Assembly (NCBI RefSeq): GCF_009914755.1
Contig: NC_060925.1
Source of the DNA: the human T2T-CHM13v2.0 reference genome, Homo sapiens
Length of the DNA stretch: 64,000 nt
Reading direction: 5' to 3' (one strand)
Shown: positions 1 to 13,436 of the stretch, piece by piece
Layout: every line of letters begins with the position of its first letter
Numbering within the stretch: position 1 is the first letter of the stretch
Notes under the pieces: generated by a model
What the model was told of the DNA's origin: nothing
The model's database searches: none
Seen by the model: the letters and a program-made list of their open reading frames with translations, nothing else
Made by a program: the position numbers and the translations under genes

Positions 1-34
1 TTTTGTGTGTGTGTGTTTTTGTTTTTTGTTTCTG

Positions 35-199
35 TTTTTTTTTTTTTTTTTTTAGACAGGGTCTCATTCTGTTGTCCAGGCTGGAGTGCAGTGATGTGAT
101 CATAGCTCACTTTAACTTTGAACTCCTGGGCTCAGGCAATCCTCCCACCTCAGCCTCCCAAAGTGCTGGGTATAATAGCATGAGTCACCATGCCCAGCC
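35..199 (-). mobile_element. Alu monomer (FRAM/FLAM/AluJ-like)
   Basis: Poly-T followed by a single Alu arm ending ...catgcccagcc. Confidence 0.8.
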
Positions 200-399
200 A
201 TGTTTTGTAAACTGTAAAACATTCTAAAATCATGGAGTAGCATTATTAAACTGTAGGAAACAAAATAATAAATAAGTATTGAACATATATTCAATAATCT
301 CTTACAAATGGTAATGTTAGGGACAAAAATTGGACCAAAATAGTAAGTTGCACTGTCCTAATATTACAGTTTATTCTTTGTGGAGATTTTGTCCCCAGC

Positions 400-1365
<966 letters not shown>

Positions 1366-1611
1366 TTTCTTTCTTTACAAATATTTTTAAATGTTGATTT
1401 GAATATGGATTATATGTTTTCTACAAAAAGAGTAAAACGCTAGTCAAGTAACTTCTATTGTATAAACTCAAAGACAACAATTGAAGGATAATTACTAGAT
1501 CTAACATTGACCTATAAAGTTTGTACCAAATACATACCCAATCTGGAAAGTAAATTCAGACCTCAACTTTATGAAAATAGTAAAAGATAGGGTTGGGAAA
1601 GGGGAAGCTCC

Positions 1612-1906
1612 TTTTTTTTTTTTTTGAGACAGAGTCTCACTCTGTCACCCAGGCTGGAGTGCAGTGGCGTGACCTCAGCTCACTGCAACCTCTGCCTCCT
1701 GAGTTCAAGTGATTCTCCTGCCTCAGCCTCCTGAGCAGCTGGGACTACAGGCGTGTGACACCATGCCCAGCTAATTTTTTGTATTTTTAGCAGAGACGGG
1801 GTTTCACCGTGTTAGCCAGGATGGTCTCCATCTCCTGACCTTGTGATCGGCCCGCCTCGGCCTCCCAAAGTGCTGGGATTACAGGCGTGAGCCACCGCGC
1901 CTGGCT
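1612..1906 (-). mobile_element. AluS (Sc-like)
   Basis: Full dimer; flanking gctccttt duplication. Confidence 0.92.
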
Positions 1907-2204
1907 GGATGCTCCTTTATACAATGTGTCCCTTAAAAACATAAAGCACCTCTATCATCCCTTAAAAAAAAATCAAATCATAAAGGCATGCACAGCTTTT
2001 TAAACATATTTTGGTATATCACAACAGGATGGTTTTATGGGCTGAACCATCTGGGGTAAAGCCTGCAGATACCATCAGATGGTGGATGTTTCTTTAAAAA
2101 ATAAAATAAAATGAAGAATCTATACTTGAGGATATTCATCAACTGATATTTTCAAAGCTCTGAATTGTTTAACAAAAAATTTTATCCTATGAAACTCATG
2201 TAAA

Positions 2205-2470
2205 CTATAGTATTAACATATATTACATTAACTTATAATTTTACATGTTAATATAAAATTTTACATTACTTTTAATTTTACATGTTAATGTAAATATAAT
2301 TTTACATGTTAATGTAAAATTGTAAATTACAAATATATAATTATATATAAATATAAGCTATGTTTTGTTATATATATAATTTTACATTAACATAATTTTA
2401 CATGTAGAATTATAAATTAAAAATATATATATTTTATATAATTATAAAAATTAAATTATAAATTATAAAT
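2205..2470. repeat. AT-rich low-complexity tract with repeated taattttacatgttaat units
   Basis: Several imperfect copies visible; almost no G/C. Confidence 0.75.
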
Positions 2471-3814
2471 ACACATTATTCTGCAATTTCTATAGAAAAT
2501 ATCTGTGACAACCAGCTGCTCCCACAGATGTTACTGGGTTTTGCAAATATAAACATTCTAAATAATGTAATTTTCTCTCAGAGAAATAACATGCAGAGGA
2601 TTTTATTTTGAAAACTCCTTAAATGTGATAACTATAAAGAACACATCACTATTACTATCAGATTTAGTAATAACTCTTTCAAAATTGTAACAATAAAAGT
2701 ATCCAAATCAGATTCAAATTCAACTCTGGCCAATCCATCAGATGGTGTTCTTTATACACTAACACTGGAAGCTGAATATATGTTTCCAGTATTCACTACC
2801 AAATTATAAACCCCTAAGATCAATGTTTGTGACAAAAACACAAGGGGGAAAATATCCAACTTAACTGTGCTACCAGGCACACCTATGACCTCAGGTACTG
2901 CTTTTTTTGATGTGATCAGAGCACAAAGAATTCTACTGCAAGAAGCAGAGAAGTTTTCTTCATAAAAATAAATATATGTTTATTATATTTATTACCCTGC
3001 TGCTTGCTTAATGACTGCATATTTTGTTGGCAACTGTGCAAGAAAAGCAGAAAAAAAAAGGAGTTCATTTCATTTCTACTATTATTTTTACAAACAAGAA
3101 AAAAATCAAGCTACTGCCTACTTATGAGATGCATTTGGTTGCATTAGTTTACAATGACCCCAACACCAAGCAAATGGTCACACACTCCAAGTTCACATAC
3201 TCCCGCTAAAAATTCACAATATTTGTTTGATATGCAAAGAAGTCTGGTATTAATAGACTTTAGTCGCATTTCATATTTATAAATTACTATTTCTCCAGGT
3301 GCTTTATTCAACCAGAATTTCATAAGGCCATGATCACTAATAATAGCCTGACAAGAGAAAAAGATGTCAGTAAGTAAAAGCAATAAAGAAAGGGCCTAAA
3401 TACTGTTGATCAGATTTTGCTAATTCTAACATTTTATGCTTTCACAGGAAGCAAGAGTGAGGTGTTCTACACAAGGAGACTTATGACCTGTCAGGTCCTT
3501 ATAATACTTGTATCAAGATGGCTAACGAACCTGTTTAATCTTCAATACCAGAAAACAGTTGGACAAAAACTAGTAATTGAAAAAGAAGAAAGAAAAATAT
3601 CTGGACATGCCACACTGAAAACAAATACATTACAAATCACATTCTACTACAGCCATCCCAAGATACTTGAACAAGAATAAAAGAAAAAGAATTTCAAAAA
3701 GCTAAGGCTTTTCAAATTTAATCAACTTCCAAACATACAAAGCCTAGATCCTGACTGCTTATACTTCAATACTATGAACAAACCCATTCCTCAAAGCCAT
3801 AGCATAATATCTCT

Positions 3815-4790
3815 GTAAATCTAACTGATGTTCAATAAGGGACAAGGCAATTTAATAAGGAAGGAATAAGCTTTTCAAAACTGGTGCTAAAACAAGTGAG
3901 TATCCATTTGGCAGAAAAAAATAAAATAAAAAAACTTCAAACCTACACTCACACCATACACAAAAATTACCTCAAAATGTATCATATACCTTAACATAAA
4001 AGCTAAAAACTGTAAAATTTCTAGAAGAAAACATAGGAAAAAATCTTTATGGCCTTGGTTAAGGAAAGGATTTCCCACAGAGGATACGAAAGCATAAACA
4101 ATAAAATAATTCATAAATTGAATTTTATTCAAGTTAAAACCTTTGACTGTCAAAAGACCCCACTAAGAAAATGAAATGGCCGGCCACATACCAAAAATGT
4201 GTTTATTCTACAAATACGTGACAAAAGACTAGTACCCACAATATATAAAGAACTTCTATAACTCAATAATAAGAAGAAAATCCAAATATAATGCACAAAA
4301 GATTTTAATAGATACTTCACCAAAGGAAAAAAATAGATGGCCAATAAGAACACAGGAAGATTTATAAGGAATCTTTCTGTGACAATGGAAATGTTCTATA
4401 CACTGCTAAAGGTATTAAATACACAGACATATAGAACTGTCAAAATACATCTAACTATATACTTTAGATTTATGTATTTCACTTTATAAACACTATAACT
4501 AATAAAAGTATTCCATAATGCCTAGTGTTAGCAAAGACCACACTGTTATCTATAAATTGGTATACTTCTCAGGCCCAATCAGGCAATTGATATCAAATTT
4601 GACTAAGCAATTTCACTTTTAGGAATTTATCCCAAGAAAATTGTCAGACAAGTAAATATAAGGGTATTTATTACATCATTGTTTTACTTATGGTAAAGAA
4701 AAATTACAGAGCCTAAATTTATATTAATAGATGATTAATTAAATAAATTATATCCTATAATGAAATACCACTCGGTCAAGAAAAAAATGA
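3815..4790 (+). mobile_element. Old L1M fragments (ORF2 3' part and 3'UTR)
   Basis: Degenerate L1 ORF2 motifs, e.g. cacaccatacacaaaaattacctcaaaatg and ctagaagaaaacatagga. Confidence 0.7.
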
Positions 4791-5789
4791 TCATATGGGT
4801 TACTGAAGTTAAGACTGGTACTGATGCCACATACTACTGAGTCTGGAAGTCCATCAGGACCCAGCCACTTCACACATGAATGCTATTATTTGATAAAAAT
4901 AGTTAATAGTGAACACAAACTGTAAGAGTGGTAACAGTAATCTTACATCCCAACTATAGCACTACTATGGCCAAAGATGTGGCGCAGCAATGGCTCCACT
5001 ACAGCAGTAAGAAAAAGATTTAAAAGAAGTTTCAACAACAGCACATGATAACGAATGAAAAAGATCCTTGCTGATGACTGATTCCTAAATGCCCTTGACA
5101 CATATATATAAAATTTTGTCTTCAACATTTACGTATTTTCTCTCATCTATAGGCTTCAAAATTTTTAAGATATTTGTGACCCAAAAGAGTTTAAGAAAAA
5201 TTGGTATGTATGTACACATGCTTATATATAGATCCCAGGAAGAAAAAAAAGACTAGAAGGAAACATACCAAAGTGCCAAAAGTTGTAGTGTAAGATGGTG
5301 ACTTTCTCCTTTGTGTTTCCATATAGTTTTAAATTTTTCAATAATATCCATGTATATTCATGCATTAAAACAAAATACATTGAAAAAATAATTAATATTA
5401 GTAAACTCAGAAGAAATACAGGATAAACCAAGCTTTTTTTTCCCTTTCTTTCTTTGCCTTTAGGGTTGTAGCAAAAAGGAAGATAAAGGCCTAGGCCTTT
5501 GACTAGCAAAGAAAAGAAAGATATGAAGTTATCTGAAAAACAACATTTTGAAGTAGCCAATCTGTTAACATGGCAAGAAATGAAGATAATTGTAAAAAAT
5601 AAAAAGCCAGATAGTAAAATTTTTTTTAAGTTATTAAGGTAAAAAGAAAAACCCACATATGGGGCATAAAATTTTAAGGAGATCAATTAAAAGCATGGCC
5701 TGAATAAATTAATGATTCCAAAACTTCACTTTAACCATCAGTTTGTTTCCTTTCCATAAACCTTCATACCAGTTGCTAAGCAATAGCTG

Positions 5790-6070
5790 CCTAAGTGCTG
5801 GACTGTTATACTTCCTGACTAAGAATGCTGGATCATTACATTTCCAAACTAAGAGTTTTGGACTCTGTTACACTTCCTGACTGACCAGGAATGCAAGGGC
5901 CTCATTATACTTTCTAACTTACTTGGAATTCTGAACTTTATTTCTCCTTACTGAACAAAAACTTTAAGACTCTGTTATACTGTAAGTATATTAAGAGTCA
6001 TTACCCTAAGCAGGAGTGTTGGATCCTCACTAACTAGGAGTACTGACCCTTTCATGTTGACTAACTAAAA
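5790..6070. repeat. Degenerate ~30-37 bp tandem repeat
   Basis: Recurrent units of the form ctaag-(a)gtgctgga-ctctgttatacttcctga. Confidence 0.55.
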
Positions 6071-6399
6071 CCAATACTTTCATTCTCATGTAAAAACTCT
6101 AGATTTTGAGTTCCTAGGTTGATGCAGCCCAAATGGTGTAAGGGAGGTAGGTAGATACCAAGAAAAAGAGTCAAGGGTCTGGGTAATTATTTCCTTGAAA
6201 CAATAATTAGCTTTTAGCTTGCCATTTGAGGTCTATATTAAGAGAAAACCATTTTGTAATCCAAACCAGTATAATTTTAGATCATTCTTAAGCATATATT
6301 TTAATACTACATGCATTACTGAAAAAATCATTTTTGGATTATGAATTATCAAACTAAAATATTCTTGCCACACACAAAATTCTTGTCTACAAAGTCCTA

Positions 6400-6880
6400 T
6401 AAAACCAGACCCCTACCTCTGCTTGGTCTTCTCCTCTAAGCACACTCCTTTGCTCACTATATTCTAGCCACATTAGATTTCTATCTCTTTTTCCAACACA
6501 TTTGCTCTCACCTCAGGGCCTTTGTGTTTGCTTTTCCTTCTGTTTTCACCTGGCTGGCTCCTCGTTCTCACATTTCAGCTAAAATGCTACCCCATAAAAT
6601 AACCCTACCTGACTCTACAATATAAAATAACCCCCTCTATATCTTTAGTCATGCTATTCTATTATTCTATTTGGTTTTCTTCGTGGCATTTATCATATTA
6701 TAAAATTACACTGTATATTTATAAATTTACTTCTGCAGATTATCTGACTCCCATCTACTCAAAAATATAAAATCCAATAAGACTGTGGATTTTCTTTGTC
6801 TTGTTCACTGCCACATCCCCTGTGCCTAAAACAGTGCTAGCACACAGTAAGGGACTCAACATAATATTTGAATTCATTCA
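6400..6880 (+). mobile_element. L2 3' fragment
   Basis: cctcagggcctttg... and terminal ttgttcactg...aacagtgctagcacacagtaag...tgaattcattca, typical of L2 3' ends. Confidence 0.75.
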
Positions 6881-7110
6881 TAATAAGAGAATGAGATAAA
6901 TTCATTTTGGAATTATTTACTAGCTTTATAAAATATCACAGCAGGTGATGGAAATAGAGATGTTATCGAATGCCAATTACCTTTGTCTAAAACCAAAACC
7001 TAAATTTGCTACTTCAACATTCTACTAGTGATCACAACTGATATTTTTTTAATATTGAGGGCCGTGTGTCACATATGTGATAAGAGGGTTTGCCTATGGT
7101 TTCCGACCTA

Positions 7111-8192
7111 ATTCTTTTTCTTCATTTTATGGATATATAATAGCCGTATATATTTATGGAGTACATGGGATATTTTGATACAAGCATACAATGTACAATG
7201 ATAAAATCTGGGTAATTGGGATAACCATCACCTCAAACATTTATCATTTATTTGTGTTGGGGACACTCCAAATCTAGCTATTTAAAAATATACAATAAAT
7301 TATTGTTAATCATAGTCAGTCTATTGTGCTACAGAACATCAGAACTTATTCCTTCTATCTACTTTTGTACACATAAACCAACCTCTCTTCATCCCCCGCT
7401 CCCTACCACCCTTCCAGCCTCTGGTTACCACCATTCTGTTCACTACCTCAATGAGATCAACCTTTTTAAGCTCTCACATATAAGAACATACAATATTTGT
7501 CTTTCTGTGCCTGATGTTTTATTTAACATAATGTCCTCCCGTTCTACCCATGTTGCTGTAAATAATAGGATTTCATTCTTTTTATGGCTGAATGATATTC
7601 CATTGTGTGTGTGTGTGTATTGCATTTTCTTTAATTCATTCATCCTTTGATGAACACTTAGGTTGATTCCATATCTTGGCTACTGTGAACAGTACTGCAA
7701 TAAGCATAGGGGTGCAGATATCACTTCAAAATACTGATTTCCCATATTTTGAATATATACCCAGCTGTGAGAATTGCTGGGTATATGGCAGCTCTTTTAA
7801 TTTTTTGAGGAACCTCCATACTGTTTTCCATAATGGCTGTACTAATTTACATTCCCACCAACAGGGTTCAAGTGTTCCCCTTTCTCTGCATCCACCAGCA
7901 TTTGTCATTTTCTGTCTTTTTTATAGTAGCCACTTTAACCAGGGTGAGATGATATCTCATTATGGTTTTGGTTAGCATTTCCCTGATGATTAGTGATGCT
8001 TAGCATTTTTTCATGTACCTGTTGACCATCTGTATGTCATCTTTTGAGAAATGTCTATTCAGATCATTTGCCCATTTTTTAAATCATAGTATTTGTTTTT
8101 CTGCAGTTGAGTTGAATTCCTTATATAGCCTGGTTTTTAATCCCGTCAGGTGAATAGTTTGCAGATATTTTCTCCCATTCTACAGGCTGTCA
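7111..8192 (-). mobile_element. L1MA-type 5'-truncated LINE
   Basis: L1MA 3'UTR plus ORF2 C-terminal remnant ([16 protein letters not shown]); atcacaactgat duplicated at 7031-7042 and 8193-8204. Confidence 0.88.
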
Positions 8193-8899
8193 ATCACAAC
8201 TGATTTTTAAGATGCTTTGAAACAAACATGGCTACAGGGAGAAATATGTGTACGTGGCAGATACTTAGATATTCACTTTTTCTTGCTAAACCTGTACATA
8301 ATTCCATAAACTTAATATATTGCTTGAGGCAGACACTATCAATGGCCTTTGCGCACAGCAAAATATAACTGAACAGAATTGGCTTAAGTGTTAAAACTGT
8401 TTGTCATATCTAGTATACCGGAATCTGAATCTAGAGTCTGAAGACCTGGGCTTCGAGTTTTCATCCCACAGCAGTGTCAACATAATGATGGAGCCAAGAA
8501 ACTGATTCGGGAAAAATGAATACAAAGAATCTGGAAGATAATGTGAAGGTAGCAGTATCAATAAATTAGAGATGCTACTGTGCTTCAAGTATTTTCCAAG
8601 TCACGTTATGGGTATGAGATGGTGTGAGAAAAGAGAGGTACCTGAAAATAAGATTATAAAGGGGCTGTCAGTGATTGGTAATCATAAAGTTATGGTCAAG
8701 ATTATAGCAGAGGGTGCCCTGAGCAAGATAAATGTTTGAAAGGCTGTGTGGAAGAAAAGATTTTAAGTACCAAGGAACAGCGATTCCAAATAAAGGTTCA
8801 ATAAAAGAAAAATAAAGGTTTAATAAAATAAAAGGTACAGAAATGTAAAATGTGGTGGGACTTCCAGCTAACTTAAGTCAACACTGACTGCTTACTATC

Positions 8900-9620
8900 T
8901 GTCATCCAATATCTCCATCTGTCTCAGTTATCAATTTATTGACTCTCAGATCCAAAAGCATCCTTCAATTATGTTCTGTGATTTAAGAAAAAAAAGAAAA
9001 ATCTCTTTAGATATCTCTCTCCTTTAAAGTAAGCATGATATTAACCTTTCTCTGTAAAAGGCACTGGAAGGACACTGCAGAAGGAAGATGTACGCCTGCA
9101 GTTTCTGGCTGCAACTTGGGAACCAGCAATATGAGCGTAAGGATACCCAGTATTCTCAGCCATGGGTCCAGAACACTCTCTCTCTGCAACCTTGCAGTCT
9201 TAGCCTACCAATAACCTTTCCATGGCCTTCTCAACATGCAAACGAGTGTTCAAAGGCCTCCTGTCCACCCACTAGGACTCTGACTTCCTCTGTAAAACCT
9301 TGTACACAGCCTGCCTGTGGTTAGAGGGTTCGCACCAGGCTGCTGCTCCTGCAAATTGCCCACCACCATGTACAGTCTGTCCATGCACAGAGGGACCCCA
9401 CACTCTTTGCAAGCCCACTGTGTACCCACTCTTCTGCTTGCTGATTTGCTCCCCCACCTGCACAGAAGATGCTAACTGCTTGTCCAGTGACTACGAACCA
9501 GCCCTAGCCTGGTGTAGCCAAACCAGTAAGCATCTTTTCTATTCAGTAGGCTGAACTACATCTTCAACAATATGTGAATCCCTTCTAAGTTTGCCCTTCC
9601 TTGGGACAATTTCTTGGGAG
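8900..9620. mobile_element. Probable ancient ERVL-type LTR (LTR33/LTR41-like)
   Basis: ctcagatccaaa...ttctgtgat and ctcctttaaagtaagcatgatattaacctttctctgtaaaaggcactgga resemble these LTRs; heavily diverged. Confidence 0.35.
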
Positions 9621-9704
9621 AAATTTCCTGGGAGAAATAAACCTCAAACGAAACCTAACTCAAAATTATACTCAAACTCTTAGCATAAATAAAGGAAGAC
9701 TCGT

Positions 9705-10013
9705 GGCCAGGCGTGGTGGCTCATGCCTGTAATCCCTGCACTTTGGGAGGTCAAGACGGGTGGATCACCTGAGGTCAGGAGTTCGAGAACAACCTGGCCA
9801 ACATGAGGAAACCCCGTCTCTACTAAAAATACAAAAAATTAGCTGGGCGTGGTGGGGCACGCCTGTAATCCCAGCTACTCAGGAGGCTGAGGTAGGAGAA
9901 TCACTTGAACCCAGGAGATGGAGGTTGCAGTGAGCCAAGATTGTGCCACTACTGCATTCCAGCCTGGGCAACAAGAACAAAAGTGAGAAAGGAAAAGAAA
10001 CGAAAAAGGAAAG
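9705..10013 (+). mobile_element. AluS
   Basis: Full dimer with GA-rich tail; TSD aaagg(a/g)agactcgt. Confidence 0.92.
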
Positions 10014-10173
10014 AAAGGGAGACTCGTTTCCAGGCATAAAATCTATTTGCCTTTGTCTATACTATGCTACATACGATGTACAGCTTTCAATAAAAATTAC
10101 AATGCATACAAAAAAAAAAAAGAAAAGAAAAAGTACATTTGCAAGTGACAAGCTGTCATCAGAAACAGACTCA

Positions 10174-11138
10174 TGCATGAGGGGGCCCAGGCTCATGCAG
10201 CTGAAGCATGCTTTTGCCGCCCAGGAGACGTCAGGCCCGGCCACCTCCAGGTCCCCGCCATCCCTGCCATCCCGCCCCTTCGCGTCCTGGGAACCAGCTC
10301 GCTTCCGAGCCGCACGCATCGAGCCTCCAGGCATGCCCCGCTATAAGCTGGCTTTAATCCTGAAAGCCATGCCGCGGCCAGACTGCTGCTGCTTTGAAAC
10401 ATACGATAGAGGTTCTGATGGAAAAAGGAGCAATAGTGAGGAACTTGGAAAACCTGGGTGAGTGAGCGCTTCCTTGTAAGATCTCCACCCACAATCAGTG
10501 GCACAACAGAGGCGGGTATTTCCTGGTGAATTTTTATGCACCAACCACAACTGTTGAAAGCATGATGGAGCACTTCTCCAAACGTAGATGTGATTAGACC
10601 GAATATTGTCAAACACCCTCTGACCCAGGAACTAAAAGAATGTGAAGGGATTGTCCCAATCCCACTTAAAGGAAAATTATATTACACAAAGAAGAGGAAG
10701 AAGTGAGAAGATTCACCAGGAATTAGCCTTATATTTAATCCCTTCATATTTGAGCAGCATGGATGAGAAGAAATAGTTTACAAGCTTGGCCTTTTATATA
10801 TAAGAGTGTATTGCAGGTGCTGTTTGATTTTTCTGAGATATTTTTAGCCCTTGATCCCCTTTGCTGCAAGAGGTGAGGAACTGCTCACTGACAGCTTCTC
10901 TGTAATCTGTGATACAAGCGGATCATTCTTGATTTTGTTTTCATTTCTTTGTCAGTGAGGACTTTTCCCCTTACAACAGTAACACCATTCTGAAGAGCAA
11001 AACTTGTAATACCACCTGGGATTGTGAGTTAGTCATTCAGACTGCATAATCATGCAGAAATAAAAATTGAAGACTAATGTATTAATTATATGGGCAATTT
11101 TGGCTTTGATAATAAACGTGATTTTAGAAATTAAAAAA
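10174..11138 (+). pseudogene. MRPS6P2: Processed pseudogene of mitochondrial ribosomal protein S6 (MRPS6); probably the locus named MRPS6P2
   Basis: ATG at 10333 gives [16 protein letters not shown], then after frameshifts ...[10 protein letters not shown]...[23 protein letters not shown]...KKRKK* (TGA 10704-10706). Intronless; 2-nt deletion near 10381; in-frame TGA at 10463-10465; second indel near 10580; AATAAA 11111-11116; short A tail; TSD aaacagact(c/g)a at 10163-10173 and 11139-11149. The P2 suffix is from memory. Confidence 0.92.
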
Positions 11139-12840
11139 AAACAGACTGAGATAGGACACAGATGTTAGAACAGGAAATTTTAGATGACTATGATTAATAT
11201 GCTAAAGGCTCAAATAGAAAAACAGACAATACCTAAGCCAGATGGGTAATTACAGCAAAAAAAGATAAACTATGCCTGAAATTAAAAAAAAAAAAAAAAC
11301 AGTAACAGAGATGAAGAATGTCCACAACAGTCTCATCAGTAGAACTGACACAGTCAAGGAAAGAATAAGTGAAATTGAAGATAGATCTATAGAAATTACT
11401 AGAGCTACAGAAATTACTCAAACTGAAACACACTGAAAAGAACAAACAAAAGCTGTAGAACAAAAAACAAACTATTTAATATATGCATAGTCAGAATCTT
11501 AGAAAGAGGAGAGAGAAAGAAAAGAAAAAATTAATCATGAATTTTCAAAACCAACTAGAGGGAGCTGGTGGGCTCACAACATTGTGAATACACTAAATAT
11601 CCCTGAATTGTATGTTTTAAAATGGTTAACTGTATATTATATAAATTTCTCCTCAATAAAAAAGAAAAATATTTCAAAATCACAGATCCAAGAGCACCAA
11701 CAGCACCCAAGGCTGTAAGGCTTTAGAAACACACAAACAAATGCACACATATACACACACACACACACACCCCTCTAGGCATATCATATTCAAACTATGA
11801 AAAACAAACACAAAGAAACATCTTAAAAAAGGCTGTCAACACAGAATTCCATATCCAGTGAAAGCATCTTTCAAAAATGAAGAAATAAAAACTTCCCCAA
11901 ACAAAAAACTGAGAATTTATTGCCAACAAATGTACTCTACAAGAAATGCTAAAGTAGTTCACCCAGAAAGAATATGCCAGACAAAAACTTAAACTTATAC
12001 CAAAAAATAATTTAAAAAAAACAATGGAAATAAAACAAATGATAATTAAATTAACTTTCCCCCCACATTTAATTGCTCAAACAGATAACTGACTACCAGA
12101 AGTAAAAACAGTAGCAAAATATTATGTTCCTGGCATATGCAAAAGTAAATTGCATGACAAAAATAATACCAAAAAAGTGCGAGAAGAATTGGAAATACAA
12201 TGCCGTATAGGGCTGTTAAATGAAGCAGTATTATTACCTAACTGTAGAATCTGTCTGATTATATTGTGAAACCTAGGATAACTACTAAAAATAATTTTAA
12301 GAGGTATAATTATGTCAATGGAGAATAAAAAATTCATTGGCAAAAGTTTAATAAGAAACAGGATATTTGCATAGTCTCAAAATATTTCCCACAAGATACT
12401 TACTAATTACAAAGGGAAGCATGGTAACTCTCCATTGGAGAAAACTGGGAGACGCTATCTTAACCACATGTCAAAGTTAACAGCACCAGTAATAACACAT
12501 ATTGACATCATATACCTCCTGTTACACTATGAAAAATAAAAAATCACACCTGTGATATTCTTTCCAAGAATGCATAAACTCACTCTCTCATGAAAAAACA
12601 TCAGACAAACCCAAACTGAGGAACATGCTCCAAAATACCTGATCAGTAATCTCTCAAAGTGTCAAGGTCATGGAACAAGGAATGGCTGAAGAATCAGCAC
12701 AAGTTGGGAGAGGCTACAGAGACGTGAAAACTAAATGTATTGTAGACATTAAATGTGATCTTGAACCAGAAAAAGCACACTAGTAGAAAATCTAGTAATA
12801 GTCAGATAAGGTCAGTAGTTTAGTCAATAATATTGTACTA

Positions 12841-13156
12841 AGCCAGGCGCAGTGGCTCATGCCTATAATCCCAGAACTTTGGGAGGCCAGGGTGGGTGGA
12901 TCACAAGGTCAGGAGTTCGAGACTAGCCTGGCCAATATGGTGAAACCCCGCCTCTACTAAAAATACACACACAAAAAAAAATTATCCAGGAGTGGTGGCA
13001 CATGCCTGTAATCCCAGCTACTCAGGAGGCTGAGGCAGGAGAATCGCTTGAACCCGGGAAGTGGAGGTTGCAGTGAGCCAAGATCACAGCACTGCACTAT
13101 AGCCTAGGCGACAGAGTGAGACTCCGTCTCAAAAAAAAAAAAAAGAAAAAAGAAAA
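12841..13156 (+). mobile_element. AluS
   Basis: Full dimer with A tail. Confidence 0.92.
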
Positions 13157-13436
13157 TTACCAGTAGCACTATGCCAATTGTTGTGTACTGTATTTATAAG
13201 ATGTTAACATTAGCAGAAGTTTGAAAAAGGGTATTTAGAGCTCTACACTATTTTGCAATTTTTCTGTAGTTCCTTTACATTTTTAGATATCCTTGCATTC
13301 TAAACACACTGCTATCACTCATTATACATTTTAAAATATTAATCCTCTGTGCAGTAAATCAATTACTAAGAAAAAAATAAGTCCCAAAATTCAAGCATAG
13401 AATTTGTGAGAGTGCTATTGGACTTGCCACACTCCT

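Larger units (their letters stand above)
10030..13265 (+). mobile_element. Old L1M (L1MC-like) fragments hosting the MRPS6 retrocopy, a short L1 3' end (~11560-11670) and an Alu
   Basis: catcagaaacagactca|gataggacacagatgttagaa rejoins across the pseudogene as L1M ORF1-proximal sequence; L1MC-type 3'UTR motifs at 12350-13260. Confidence 0.65.

Noticed and set aside
4800-5205. Possible hAT-type DNA transposon relic or ncRNA
   Set aside because: Only the end (gtgacccaaaagagtttaagaaaaattgg) is suggestive; I cannot assign a family without a search.
5222-5686. 154-aa hydrophobic minus-strand ORF
   Set aside because: Non-ATG start; F/L/I-rich composition expected from the reverse of A-rich DNA; no recognisable homology.
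9943-10616. ORFs of 172, 139, 91 and 90 aa around the pseudogene as new genes
   Set aside because: They are chance read-throughs of Alu tail, L1 and GC-rich retrocopy sequence, or antisense frames; the MRPS6 frame itself is broken.
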